59,095 nucleotides of DNA from Welwitschia mirabilis (GCA_051453625.1 JBOZIK010000001.1:7352069-7411163), one strand, 5' to 3'. Shown: positions 10,952-25,433, numbered from the stretch's first letter. Notes: generated by a model from the sequence alone, not told the origin. A program made the numbers and translations.

Positions 10952-13900
10952 TATTGCAATGCTAATTTGTAGGATTTTAATGAGGTATTTTGAGTGCTTT
11001 TGCAAGACATTTATATAGGTTTAGTTGCAATTCTGATGATTACAAAGAGTTAATGGGATGATCAAATAAACACAAAATTCTTAGCATATTTGAAGGCATT
11101 TTAGCTATATTCTGATACTCAGTGTTTTGAGGGGAATATTAATGATGCAGAAGGATGATTTCTCTTAACTGAAAATATAAGAAAGCCTCTCCATGACAGT
11201 TAGGACAACAATACTGCTAACATAAACTAAAGCTATAGGGCTAATTGCAAGCAAAAATCTACTGACTCACTTGTTATTGGGGCATCATCCTGAGTATCGT
11301 CCAGAGGATAGGAAGGATAAAAATCATTTTCTATTAACAAAATAAATTATCTTTTATCATGGGGTCATGTGCCTCGTCTGGACTGCTAGGGTTTCTTCTC
11401 CAACTTCTAGGATCATGGTTCTAAAATCTTTAATGTAAAAATATAAATACCTCCTTCTCCTCATTTCTAATTCATATTTTATATTACGTATTCTTATGAC
11501 AGGAGATTAAAGGAGAGAAGATCTATTCATAACTATAGAAAGGAGTCTTTATTGGTGTTGGGCTATGTATCCTCTATTGAGGTGCTACTACTTTGTTTAT
11601 AAGTGAATGTTAATTCATGATTAATACAAATATACCTTTTCACTTCTATTGTGTGAACTTCCCTCATTGTTTACATTGGTTATGATTCTGTGATAGCTTC
11701 ATAGTTGATCTAGGTCATGAGGGTAACCTTTATTAAGATTTACATTATTAGCTTAGATTTGCATTTATTTTATATTACATTTCCATGGTTTTATATTCTA
11801 TTTAATGTATCTTATATTGGTTAGGATTAATTCATATTTTCCTTAATTGATCAAAGTTATAAGGATTGATATTGGTGATAAAAAGATTGGTAGTCAAATA
11901 GATCCATCATTCATTGCATTTTTATTTCATCATCATTCATTCTTGCATTGCATTTGCATTGTTCTTATTTTTATTTATTAAAAGAAAAAAGACTAAAAAT
12001 ACTTTGTTGAAATTAATTTTATAACCTCTAGCCTAATGCCTTTAATGGATTACGACATTTGCATTAACTTTTATCTATACTAGTGTGTGTTTTTCTGCAA
12101 GTATTGTGATTTATAGGTTTTACCTAAGGACTTAAAGATTGCATAGGCATAAAGAGCTAGAGAATTATCACTATTTAGATAAGTATCTTAGACTTTAGTT
12201 TAAGTTATTTATTTGAAATAGTGTTATATTCTAGTTTCTATAGATTTCATTTTCTACAATTTTTTCATTTTGACAGCATTAATAAGTCATATTGTCCTCT
12301 CTGTTATTTCCATGATTAGGCACAATAGTCTACATTTTATGTCTTTTCTTGATTTCAATAATAAAATTTTGTATTTTTTAATAGTTAATAAAGTCAACAT
12401 CATTCTCTGTATTCTCTAAATGATAAGGTAAATTACTAGCTATAGTTTTACTTCTATGTTTGATTTTTTTGCAATTATTTTTTCTTTTTTTTATAAACTA
12501 AGTTTTTGTTGTCCTTTATGTCATCTAAACAACATCCAAGATGACATTTTTATGCATATTTTGAGTGATTAAGAATTCAAACAATTTGATGAAAACATGA
12601 AATATCAGAGAAAATAAAGATTGATCTTCACTTTGTACTTATCTTATTTACCATCTTGATTCACTCTTCTTGTTTCATCCTTTTCAGCTATTTCAAATGA
12701 ATAGTGACAAAAGGACCCTTGGAGAAAGTCTTTCTAAAAGAAGGAAAAATTTGAGAAATTCTAAGGATAATGGTAAGAAAACCCTTCAAGAAATTTTTTT
12801 CAGAAAAAAGAGAGAGCAATACAAAATAATGTTTAGAGTAGGAATTGGGCTTGTTTCTCTTTTTAACCTTTTTATTTTTCCCCTTTTTCTTTTTAAACTT
12901 CATTTAGAAATGACAATGAAAATTTTTAACATTGTAGGAATTACACTTCATGTAGAAAAACATCCTATAATCATTTTAGTTATTCATCTTCCATGAGTTA
13001 CTATGAAGAAGATCCACCTCCTATGAACTTCTATGAGAAAGAAAATGATCTAATGAAAGAAATTATTAACAAAAAAGAAGAAGAAACAAGAATATACTAA
13101 TAAGAACTTAAAAAATATAGTTGAGATCCTTTAATAATTACTATGATAAAATTTAAGATTCTTTTACAACACAACATTCTCAAACCTATCCTATTACATT
13201 CTACCTTGAGGAAAATGAAAATAACTTAGAAACAAGTACCCATGATTATTACTTTTAAATAGAAGACGAAATTTTGAATCAAACTTTAACATTCTACTCA
13301 TTAAGTGATGATAAAAAAGGAGATAGTAATGACTCAACTCAATTTTTCAACAACAAGAATAAGGATAATTATCTATTAGATGATGATATTGAGGTATTAG
13401 ATTATATCCATGCTAACCATTTACTACTAGAGAATCTAGATGAGGAATATGTTTATGAAGAATATAAAAACCTTTCAATCTATGATGGAGATGATGCTCA
13501 CATTTCTCTTAATGATTATTTTCATGAATATAATAACTTAGAGAATGAGAACAATACTCAACAAGAGAAGGAAGATATAGTCACAAATAATGATGAGGAA
13601 AGTGAAGAAATAACTCAACAAGAGAATGATCTAGACAACAATAAAGAAAATAAACAAAATAAAGGAGCCATAGAGATTCATTCAAACTTCATAGAGGATA
13701 GACTTATTCATTCTAATGCAACAAACCAACCTAAAACCTCTACCCTTGTTTTTCCATCTCTTCTTCCTATGCTGACATGTACAACTCCACATCACATCCT
13801 TCCTATGACTTCTATTTCCAGATACCTTATGATCTTGATAATGGTAACCTTTCTTCTTTTCCATTTAAACCTTTATGTAATTATCAAACCCACATTCCTT

Positions 13901-16900
13901 TCCTTGAATTTCATGAAACCCATAAATTTAAAGAGTATATTCCTTTTATCTCTTAATATCTTCCTCTTAAAAATCCATGTAACACTCAAAGTAACATCTT
14001 TTTCTTTTATATCAAGTCCATTTTACCTTGTGCTTTTAATGATTAATCTTTTTAAAAATATGACTTAGAATATCTTGGANNNNNNNNNNNNNNNNNNNNN
14101 NNNNNNNNNNNNNNNNNNNNNNNNNNNNNNNNNNNNNNNNNNNNNNNNNNNNNNNNNNNNNNNNNNNNNNNNNNNNNNNNNNNNNNNNNNNNNNNNNNNN
14201 NNNNNNNNNNNNNNNNNNNNNNNNNNNNNNNNNNNNNNNNNNNNNNNNNNNNNNNNNNNNNNNNNNNNNNNNNNNNNNNNNNNNNNNNNNNNNNNNNNNN
14301 NNNNNNNNNNNNNNNNNNNNNNNNNNNNNNNNNNNNNNNNNNNNNNNNNNNNNNNNNNNNNNNNNNNNNNNNNNNNNNNNNNNNNNNNNNNNNNNNNNNN
14401 NNNNNNNNNNNNNNNNNNNNNNNNNNNNNNNNNNNNNNNNNNNNNNNNNNNNNNNNNNNNNNNNNNNNNNNNNNNNNNNNNNNNNNNNNNNNNNNNNNNN
14501 NNNNNNNNNNNNNNNNNNNNNNNNNNNNNNNNNNNNNNNNNNNNNNNNNNNNNNNNNNNNNNNNNNNNNNNNNNNNNNNNNNNNNNNNNNNNNNNNNNNN
14601 NNNNNNNNNNNNNNNNNNNNNNNNNNNNNNNNNNNNNNNNNNNNNNNNNNNNNNNNNNNNNNNNNNNNNNNNNNNNNNNNNNNNNNNNNNNNNNNNNNNN
14701 NNNNNNNNNNNNNNNNNNNNTTTAATGATTAATCTTTTTAAAAATATGACTTGGAATATCTTGGAATTTTTAATTAGGATAAATCTTAGCTTCTTGATAA
14801 TAATCCATGCTTAGAACTGAATCTTAAGAAGCTTTTTAATCTCGTTGAGCATTCTAGAAAGTCTTTAGAAATTTCTTGGATTCATTCTTTGAGTAATTCC
14901 TTAAATAAATTATATAATGATACTCATGATTTACAATGCTTCAATAAGAGATTATTTATTAATGAAATTTATCACTTCTTGATCTCTTATTTGTATTCTG
15001 AAATTTGTTTTATCAAAGTTTTATCATTTTACTCTTTATTCCTTCAATTGATTTTACTCCAAAATGATTGTATATCTTTTATTTTTTATCAATTAGTTTC
15101 TACTTGTTTTGGTCCTTATTTTTCTAAAAAGTACATTACTTAAGTGCATATTTTACAAAACTAGTTAAACCTCTTAATGGTTAGGTTGTTATATTTTAGA
15201 AAAAGTACATCTTAAATGGCTTAGTTGAAATATCCAACCCAAACACTAGGAAAATTTTGAAGTTAATAGACAAAGGTTAGAAATCATTAAGATACCTATT
15301 GATTAAAAATTAAACATGATAGAAGCACTTATCTTGAATTTTTCTCTTATCATTATCTAATTATTCATTAGCTAATTCTTTTAGTGAACATCATGCTACC
15401 ACTTAAACATCTTTAACTTGACTCATGTTTGACTTTATGAAGTTGCCATGACTAGTAAATCTTGTACTTGGGTATTTCAAAGTGATAAGTTTTGATTCAT
15501 CTAATCTTAAGACATTCATACATTTATAAACTTCATTTAGAATAAACATGCCTTCCTTCTTATTACTTGAGTATTCTTCCTTATTTCTTCCTTATTTCTC
15601 ATCTCATTACTTCATCCTTATCCTTAAGAGTACTTAGTCAAGTGGAATTTATTTATTTACTTCTTTTCAAAAAAAAGAAAAAAGAAAGAAAGAAAGAAAG
15701 AAAAAAATAAAGAAAGGAAAAAAACAAGAAAAGAAATTAATAGCTACCATGATCTTTCATACCTAAGCTAAAACCATGGTCACTTTATTTGATTTTAATG
15801 GGGTATTTTAAGTACTTTTTTTGATTGACAAGGTTAAATGGAGGGCTATGTTGTGATGTCAATTTATTTGATTTTAATAGGGTATTTTAAGTACTTTTGT
15901 AGGATATTTATATAGGTGTAGATGCAATTTTAATGATTATGGAGAGTTTATGATATGGTTACAGAAACACGTAATTATTAGCATATTTAGAGGCATTTCA
16001 GACATATTTTGATACTTAGTGTTTTGAAGGGAAGATCAATGATGTAAAAGGATGANNNNNNNNNNCTAGAAATACATGAAATCCTACCATCTCATGTGGC
16101 ATTCCCATAATAGTCAGGATGATAGTACTACTAACATGGGCTAAAGTTACTGGGTTGACTACAGAGCCAAAAGCTGATGATAGGTCATTGTCTAGAGTGT
16201 CGTTTAGATGATAGGAAGGATGACAATCATTTTCTATCAATCAAAAAATTATCTTTTATAATGGGATCATGCATCTCATCTGGGCTACTAGGGTTTCTTC
16301 TCTAACTTCTTGGGTTATTGTTTTAGAACCTTTAATGTAAAACTATAGCTACCCCTCTTATCATCATTCCTAATTTATTTTTTGTACTGAATATTCTTGT
16401 GATAGGAGATTGAAGGACAAAAGGTCCATCCATAGCTACAGATAGGAGTCTTCCTTGGTATTTAGGCTATGTATTTTCCTTAAGATGCCAATACTTTATT
16501 TATAAGTGGATGTTAATTCATGATTAATATAAAGATATCTTTTCACTTTTATTATGTATATCTCCCTCATGGTATACATTGGTTATGATTCCGTGATAGC
16601 TTCAAAGTTAATCTAGATCATGAGGACAACCTTTATTAAGGTTAACATTATTAGTTTAGATTTGCATTTATTTCATATTGCATTTTCATAATTGCATATT
16701 TTATTTAATGTATCTTATAGCTTAAATTGAGTAGGATTAAGTGATAGTTTCCTTAATTGATCTAAGTTATAAGGATTAATCTTAGTGATAGGAAGATTGG
16801 TAGTCAAATAGAGATTCATCATTCATTGCATTTGCATTTCATCCTCATTCATTCTTGCATTGCATTTTCATTATTCTTATTTTCATTTGCTAAAAAGAAA

Positions 16901-17664
16901 AAGACTAAAAATACTTTGTTAAAATCAATNNNNNNNNNNNNNNNNNNNNNNNNNNNNNNNNNNNNNNNNNNNNNNNNNNNNNNNNNNNNNNNNNNNNNNN
17001 NNNNNNNNNNNNNNNNNNNNNNNNNNNNNNNNNNNNNNNNNNNNNNNNNGTTGCATAAATTCATAGCATAATAAGGACATCATCAAAAACAAAAAGGACA
17101 TAGAGTTTGACATGATTATAGTAGCTACAAATGAATAACTTGAAATCTAAAAGAATCCATTTCCTTTGCAATCCTTCACATCGTAACCATCATAGAATGT
17201 AGCATTTCAAAACAACAATGACTTCTTTGTAATATTAGTAATTCAAAATCAACCTGAGAAGTTACTTGAATAAGTCATTCAAGAGGACAAGGAAAAATTA
17301 GAGGCGATGTCTTAAGTGAAATCTTCTCGAACTTACCCTACCCCTTGATTACATATGCCAATGTAGCTACTTTCCTCAAAAGTAGANNNNNNNNNNNNNN
17401 NNNNNNNNNNNNNNNNNNNNNNNNNNNNNNNNNNNNNNNNNNNNNNNNNNNNNNNNNNNNNNNNNNNNNNNNNNNNNNNNNNNNNNAGAAAAAGACTAAA
17501 AATACCTTGTTAAAATCAATTCTCTAACTTCTAATCTAGTGCCTTTAATGGATTATGACATTTGGGTTAACTCTCGTCTATACTAATGTGTGTTTTCCTA
17601 TAAGTATTGTGATTTACAATTTTTACCTAAGGACTTAAAGGTTGCATAAATTCACAGCATAATA
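10952..17664 (+). mobile_element. Non-autonomous (pol-less) Athila-type LTR element nested in Tat gag
   Basis: LTRs 10952-~12145 and 15849-17664 (about 1.2 kb of real sequence, collinear); perfect AGAAC TSD (10947-10951, 17665-17669); termini TATTG/TGTTG...ATAATA; same LTR family as 1205-2171; no RT/RH/INT motifs in the ~3.7 kb interior. Confidence 0.85.
13274..14068 (+). pseudogene. Acidic/Asn-rich low-complexity ORF remnant inside the non-autonomous element
   Basis: 264-aa open frame rich in D/E/N, with a probably frameshifted hydrophobic tail; no recognisable domain. Confidence 0.35.
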
Positions 17665-18550
17665 AGAACATCATCAAAAACAAAAAGGACATAGAGTTTG
17701 ACATGATTCTAGTAGCTACAAATGAATTTTTTTGAAATCTAAAAGAACCCATTTCCTTTGCAATCCTTTACATCGCAACCATCATAGAATGTAGCGTTTT
17801 AAAACAATAATGACTTCTTTGTAATATTAGTAATTCAAAATCGATCTGAGAAGTTACTTAAATAAGTCATTCAAAGAACAAGGAAAAATTAGAGGCGATG
17901 TCTTAAGTGGAATGTTCTCGAACTTACCCTACCCCTTGATTACATATGCCAATGTAGCTACTTTTCTCAAAAGTAGAGAAGGCTTATTGAACCTCGTTAA
18001 TTAAGAGCTCTAAGCTCTATGAACTTGCATTTGAAAGGACATGGAAGGAGCATTTGAGATTGAAATCGCCTATTGATCAAAATCAACTGCCCAAAAAAGA
18101 AGTTAACTCAATGCAGGTACATGTTCAAAATTTTAAAGAAGGCATGGAAGCAATTCAGTTCACATATTATAAGATATCTATGATCTCCAAGAAGATGATG
18201 ACAACTAAAACACTTTATATATCTATAAATATCAGACCTACCAAAGTGAATAGAGCCTTCATCAATTGTACAACCAAATTAAATGTAATAGATTCAGCAT
18301 GCCTCAAGAAGATCAAAATGGGTCATCTCTTAAAGGCAAAGAAAGGTGAGACAATCACAAGATTCAATGAACATGAGGATAAATCAAGAGGGCAATTATT
18401 TTACCTATTAAATTGGCTTATAAAATTAATAACATTAAATTTCTTATAATAAATAATGTAACAATATTTAATTTATTATTGAGATGTCTTTGGATAATGA
18501 ACATGGGGGTAATCATATTTTTACTCCATTAAAAGTTAAGATTTGTTGGG
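17665..18550 (+). pseudogene. Tat/Ogre gag end and aspartic protease, decayed
   Basis: LYISINI...VNRAFINCTTKLNVI (cf. LYI...V.RVLVDNGSSLNV) in ORF 18054-18449; FNLLLRCLWI...LH*KLRF (cf. YNLLLGRPWIH...LHQKLKF) at ~18465-18545. Confidence 0.8.
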
Positions 18551-21500
18551 TTTAAACTTTAGTGCCATCAAAATAAAATCATACCATGGCAAATATAAAG
18601 GCTCCATTCATGTCATCTTCTCTGTCACCACCTCATGCACTTGAGATGACTATCCCTTTTTTACAGTTTGAACATGATCTGATGGACCCTCATAAGATGA
18701 AGGTCTCATCCATTTTTGACACTCAGATCCTAGACATGGGATAGATTTCATTTCTTTTAGATGACTTTTTAAGTATCTCATGATTCAAAATTATCCAAAA
18801 AAGAAAAAAAGGCAAAATTCCAAAAAAAGCCTTTATTCTTTTTAAAAAACCTCAATGAAAAAAATAAGATAAAAAAGGCAAAAACATAAAAATGAAAAAA
18901 AAAATGTACATATGTATATATATTTTAAAAAACAAAAAAAAGTAAAAACAAGTTAAAAATAAATCAAAAAATGACAAAACACCGAAAAAAGGAAAAATAT
19001 GCTAGTTTACTCATCTAGCTAAATGCAAAGGACAAAGTCCTTAATAATCAAAGTACCTCATACTAAACGAATTCATACAACTGAGCAAAGTCTCAATGTC
19101 TAAGAAAAAGCCTCAGCCTATCACAGCACTTATGTATACTCTCAAAGTATAATGTTTCAAAAGTTTTTCACAAAAAAAAAAAAAAAAAAAAAAAAGCGGA
19201 AAGGAAGAAAAGGGGGGTTGGTGGAAGCTGGGGAAGAGAGTAAAGTTTCTTCTAAAACAATTTATGTTTTTATTTTTCATGTCTTTTAATCAAAGTAGCT
19301 TTGCATGTTTTAGTGTTTACTTTTGGTTTACTCCTCATTATTATTCTTATGTCAATTCCTTAGCTTGTAAGACATCATAATAAGGGGTCGGATGAAGGCA
19401 CCCTTGCATTTCACCCTTGATGGTCAGCCTGTCAAAAGGATAACATTAGCCTTTTTCATGCATCACATAAATTTCATATTTTAGTCTCCATGTTTGAATT
19501 CTAGACTATTCCTCTATCACCCCAATGTTTCTATGATTGACAATCCACTCCATGAGGTGCCACCCATGGAAGATGATGATGATGACATGTATCGTGTTAA
19601 CCCATGCTATAACATATCTCATCCTTCTTCTACCATGATTCATACCCTTGCATGAGCCTTCTTATTTTATCTACTCATATATCATCATCATCTTACCAGA
19701 CATTATTGGGTACATTTTTTCCACATCAAGCATCTTATTACATCCTTCATTCACCATCATTATCTCATTTACTTCTCTTCATTTGTACTATCATCTTATT
19801 GGCCATATCCATGTCAATTTATCATGGATCTCACTTTCATCTTGTTTTTCCAAAAAAACAAAAAAGAGGAATAAAGAAAATAAAAATTAATAAAAATTTT
19901 AAAAAAGAAAAAATCTAGGAAAAAAAATCACGAATACATGAAAACCTCCAAGGGTGCATGCTCACATCTTCTTCATTATTTAAGACTCTTTAGTAATCAA
20001 AGCATGTTATATATCTGTCATGTTCATCATTTAGCTTTTATCACTCACTTGCATTTTTAACCTCTTAATAGCCTAATGCTGCTTTATCTTATTAGAAACC
20101 CTCACCTTAAATTTATCTACTTTCTTTTATTGCACAACCTTTGGATACCTCTTTATAACAAGTTAACTCCTAAGCGGCTAAGTCTTTATATTATAGAGAA
20201 GTGCATTTTGAATGACTTCGTTGAGGTTCTTAACTGATATGCTATGAAAAACTTAGGGATAATGAACAATAGTTGAGACTATATTAATGATGATCGATAT
20301 GATTTTGGCATGATATAAGTAATTGAGTAGGAAGATTATCTTAATGAAGAGATGTGTCCTCCCTTTGCCTTTAGCTAAATGGCTCTTTAGCATGGTTTCT
20401 TGGCTAAGGTCATTTATTTGTTTGATTGTCTATTCATTTCATCTTATGGTAAATTGCATTGAAGTTCTTATCAAAGTAGTTTTCTACTTTCAGGCATTTA
20501 TAGTGATAAGATTGGATTTCACCTAATCTTAAGACATTTCCATGTCTATAACCTCTAGTATTTTACATTATTCAGTATAAGCATCAATCATATCAAATGT
20601 AACACTTATTTTTAGCTATGAGCTTTATAATTTACCATCCTAATGATNNNNNNNNNNNNNNNNNNNNNNNNNNNNNNNNNNNNNNNNNNNNNNNNNNNNN
20701 NNNNNNNNNNNNNNNNNNNNNNNNNNNNNNNNNNNNNNNNNNNNNNNNNNNNNNNNNNNNNNNNNNNNNNNNNNNNNNNNNNNNNNNNNNNNNNNNNNNN
20801 NNNNNNNNNNNNNNNNNNNNNNNNNNNNNNNNNNNNNNNNNNNNNNNNNNNNNNNNNNNNNNNNNNNNNNNNNNNNNNNNNNNNNNNNNNNNNNNNNNNN
20901 NNNNNNNNNNNNNNNNNNNNNNNNNNNNNNNNNNNNNNNNNNNNNNNNNNNNNNNNNNNNNNNNNNNNNNNNNNNNNNNNNNNNNNNNNNNNNNNNNNNN
21001 NNNNNNNNNNNNNNNNNNNNNNNNNNNNNNNNNNNNNNNNNNNNNNNNNNNNNNNNNNNNNNNNNNNNNNNNNNNNNNNNNNNNNNNNNNNNNNNNNNNN
21101 NNNNNNNNNNNNNNNNNNNNNNNNNNNNNNNNNNNNNNNNNNNNNNNNNNNNNNNNNNNNNNNNNNNNNNNNNNNNNNNNNNNNNNNNNNNNNNNNNNNN
21201 NNNNNNNNNNNNNNNNNNNNNNNNNNNNNNNNNNNNNNNNNNNNNNNNNNNNNNNNNNNNNNNNNNNNNNNNNNNNNNNNNNNNNNNNNNNNNNNNNNNN
21301 NNNNNNNNNNNNNNNNNNNNNNNNNNNNNNNNNNNNNNNNNNNNNNNNNNNNNNNNNNNNNNNNNNNNNNNNNNNNNNNNNNNNNNNNNNNNNNNNNNNN
21401 NNNNNNNNNNNNNNNNNNNNNNNNNNNNNNNNNNNNNNNNNNNNNNNNNNNNNNNNNNNNNNNNNNNNNNNNNNNNNNNNNNNNNNNNNNNNNNNNNNNN

Positions 21501-22350
21501 NNNNNNNNNNNNNNNNNNNNNNNNNNTGGTAAGTTAGTAAGATCTTACTTATTGTCATAGCAATGAATTGGATTGGGATATAATCCAGACATTATATTAC
21601 TACTTTCCAAAACAAGTATAAGAATTATCATAATCATTGCCCTTATCACATGATACTCTATGTTATTTAGCACTGAACCACATGATAATGAAGTCTAGCA
21701 ATGCTATAATCCATACCAACAAAATTTTTAAGTTTGGCATTTAGAGGTGTAAAAATCAATCTTCTTCATTCTCCTATTTGTCTATTATCACCTAGTTTTT
21801 TTCTTAGTATTCATGATTAATTACCTAAAGTCATTTTTGCATTTTCTCTTACTTGCTTGAGATTAATCCTGCTTCTAAGTTAGCTTGTCATATTTTAGTA
21901 CCCATCCCGTTTCACCATCCTATCTTACTACCTTGTGATGTCATAATAATATATTTTCCATTGTCATCACCTCTTGTCCTCTTTGTTTCATTTATTACTC
22001 TCCCATTACCTAATCCTTCTTTGTTCATTTTGATAATTATGAATAGATGTCATTTCTCCTTCTTGTTTTTCATTTGCCACATTTATCTCTACTCCTATTC
22101 CCTTACATCTTACAATGTTACATCACTTATGTCATTTTTCCATATCTTTTTCATCCATCAATCAGACATTCCTAATATCCATTGCATTTATGTTACTTAA
22201 AGGAAAAGAAGAAGAAGAAAATAAAAAAAAAACAAGAAAGAGAGAAAACCAAAAATTAAAAAAAAAAGAAAAGTAAAAATAACTTGGACATGTGTCCATA
22301 TGTTTAGATGTTATTTTAATATGGATCCTTATTCCACTCAAGGGGATAAT

Positions 22351-25300
22351 TATATTATCATTCTTTCATGAACCTAGCATAAAAAAAGGAGGGAGATAAC
22401 AACAAAGGTGATGAAGGAAGGTAATAATGAGAAGAATCTAGAAAATCACAAGATAGAAAACAATGATAATCAGGGGAGCCAAGGAAACATGGATCATATT
22501 AGATCAAACCTGAAACAGAAGAAATAGCAACAATAGAAATGCAGTGGAAAAAGATCCTAAAGCACACAGAAAAGGTGAGAGAAAAGCCACAAAGAGGAGA
22601 GAAGTGGAAACATAGTAGATTAAAGGCTCTACAAAGCAGATGGAAAAATAATGATGGATCAGCTGATTTGGACAGGGTGGAGGTGGGGCGAGGGGGAGTG
22701 GGACACATCAAAATAGATGGAAGAAGAGCAGACATAAGAAGCATAGAAAAGTAAAGGAAAAGAAAAAAAAAATCAAAAGAGACATTAATAGCCAAAAATA
22801 GAGGGAAAGTTAGTGAGACATGGGACATTTAAATAGGATAGCACTAGCTTATAAGGAGGACATAGAGGACTGCCAACATCAAAAGCATTGGCAATGAGGT
22901 GACATTCAAGCAATTCAAGTAATCATAGATAGTTAAAGGAAGGACACCAATAGGCTAGTAGATAAAAGAGCCTGGTAAGTAGTAGAAGAACCTTTTAGAA
23001 AAAAAGGAATAGCTAGCTCATTAATGCAAGAGGTGTACGTATAAAAGGGGGCTTTTTTAGTGATCAGAATTAGAGAAGATCATAAGGATGATCTCAGAGT
23101 GAAGAAAGAAAGTCTTGTCTGGTTCTTCTATGCTTGGGACCTCTAGTTAGAAGGGCATTATTACCAAAAAGATGGCCTTGCAACACTGAAAAGGGATCAG
23201 AGGATTTTCTAGCAGTAGTTACATGTAGGCCTTAAACTTTATTTATCCTCCACCATTGCAATAAGAGTGATTGTCAAACTATAAATTATAGTTATGTTTT
23301 TCTACATATTTAAATATTTTAAGCTTTCTTATCTAAAAATTACACAAAGAAAAAGGTAGTTACAATCCCAACTTTCTAGTTTCTTCTCTCCCAAATGCTA
23401 GACAAAAAGAGAGAGGGCTCTAGGAACATAAAAGGCATAGTAAGATAAATGAAAAAGAGGCCATCTCTTGAGAATAGAGAACTACATAGAGAAGAATCTT
23501 AAAACCAGAGATACAAAAGTAAGGAGGGGACTCTGCAAAGCAGAGGACAATAGATGGCAACAAGATTGTGAAAGATAGGATCATAGTAATAACAAAATTA
23601 GAAAAAAAAATGACAATGTCATGGGAGATGGATAGTTACAAATCCTTGTAAATTCAAAGGAGGAATTTCCAAGTTTTTCATAATTTTCATTAATAAATTT
23701 TGTAGCTTCTATAATTTATAATATTATAGAATTTTCAAAATGTAATATTATAGCACCCTTGTAATGTTATGTCTTTTCATATTTTCAAACTAGCATATTC
23801 AGACTTTGAAATATATATTCATCAAATATTCTAGTGATATTATTTTTGGATTTTATAGTTTTGTTCTTTGAGATAATTACTTTTTAATTTCAAAAAAATT
23901 TATAAAAGAATTTTCTATGTTTGATTAAATATTATTTTCCATTTCATATATTACATGTCACCTATTTTCAAGCATCTCATTGTTATTTAGTTTGTCACCT
24001 CATAATAGAAACTAACCTAAAAATACATAAAAAGGAAAAAAAAAGTGTAAAATGTAGAATGATGTTTTAAATATCTAGTGTACACCCATTTCCATCTCAA
24101 AAAAATAAAAAAAAAACCTAAAATATGATACAATGATATTAAAATATCAATTCGATGTTACCAAATTCAATTGTAATAGTTTTAGGTGTTAAACCATCAA
24201 ACTTAATCAAATAGTTAAACTTAATTAATGACATCATAACATCAAATACCAATTTGTTCAAATAGTTAATCAAATNNNNNNNNNNNNNNNNNNNNNNNNN
24301 NNNNNNNNNNNNNNNNNNNNNNNNNNNNNNNNNNNNNNNNNNNNNNNNNNNNNNNNNNNNNNNNNNNNNNNNNNNAAAAAAAGAAAATTTTAGTTTTTAG
24401 CATTCTCAAAATTTTGTTGGAAGTGTACCACCTTTACATATTCTTTTTTTAAGAGTAGCCTAAGATAGCAACTAAATAATGAATTATAAAGTTCCACTAG
24501 ATAAAATCCTAAAGTAATGAAATAAATGCAATTAATGTAGGTGGAATTACTAAAAAAATAAAAAAAGACAACAACTAAACAATACAAAATACTCTCACCC
24601 TTTTCATGGTTGTGTCTCTGTTAATACCTTCCTTCAAACATAAGTCTTTGACTAATAGTTGTTGAAGATTCCAAATCCATTAATTTAATATGTATTTAAG
24701 TCATTTTATATGATTTTATCATGTTTCTAAGATCCATTTTAATGCCTCGAGTAAACTTGTTTGACCATTTATTTGTTATTGTAATTATCTTGAGAATGTT
24801 TTTATAAATACATAAACATAGCTAGTCACTTTATTCCTTGTAATACTGAAAAATTTCTTTGGTAGCTTCTTGTTAACCTTAGCATCATGTGTTCATGTAA
24901 CATCTAATAAAGTCTTAATTCTAAATTTTAAAAATTCCTAGATGAAATGTCACATCATTAAATCAAAAATTAGGAACTAAATCCTTAGTTACAAAAAATT
25001 TTGAAACATTTGGTATTAGAAGAAGAGCATCAAATCCTATCAAACACAGTTAAACTTAGTCAATAACTCAGACAAAATTATTAAAAATAGTCAAAGAGAT
25101 TCCAACAGTTAAAGGAAAAATTATTTAAAGCTTAGTAAAAAATAGTCAAATTTAGTTAATGCAAAACCATCAACAGTCAAACTTAATTGATAACCTCACA
25201 ACATCAATACTAAGTTTTCTAAGTCAGTTAAATGAAGTCAACTAGACATAGTTAAAGTCAGTTAAAAATAGTTAAGTTTAATAAACTTAGTTAAGCCAAA

Positions 25301-25428
25301 TCAAACTAGATCAAACATTTAAATTTAGTTTAAACTCAGTCAAATCATTATCAAATCAATCAAATCACTTATTATTGTGTAACATTAGAACCAATCCACT
25401 ATTTATGAGAGAGAAAATCTCATGGACA
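22351..25428 (+). repeat. 3' LTR of Tat element
   Basis: Homologous to 3468-6994, lacks the TRIM, ends AAAATCTCATGGACA followed by the TSD ACATG. Confidence 0.8.
24376..25028 (+). mobile_element. Inserted 3' end of a related Tat LTR terminating in an 18-nt PBS
   Basis: Absent from the 5' LTR; ends ...AAATTTTGAAACA TT TGGTATTAGAAGAAGAGC, then host LTR sequence resumes. Confidence 0.55.
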
Positions 25429-25433
25429 ACATG

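Larger units (their letters stand above)
3468..25428 (+). mobile_element. Tat/Ogre-clade Ty3/gypsy LTR retrotransposon, old, gag-protease visible, with nested insertions
   Basis: Long homologous terminal repeats 3468-6994 and 22351-25428; TSD CCATG(3463-3467)/ACATG(25429-25433); tRNA-Asn PBS after the 5' LTR; purine tract aaggggataa before the 3' LTR; Tat-type gag and protease motifs. Confidence 0.8.

Noticed and set aside
13274..14068. 264-aa ORF as a host gene
   Set aside because: Lies between two LTRs, low complexity, no domain or splice structure.
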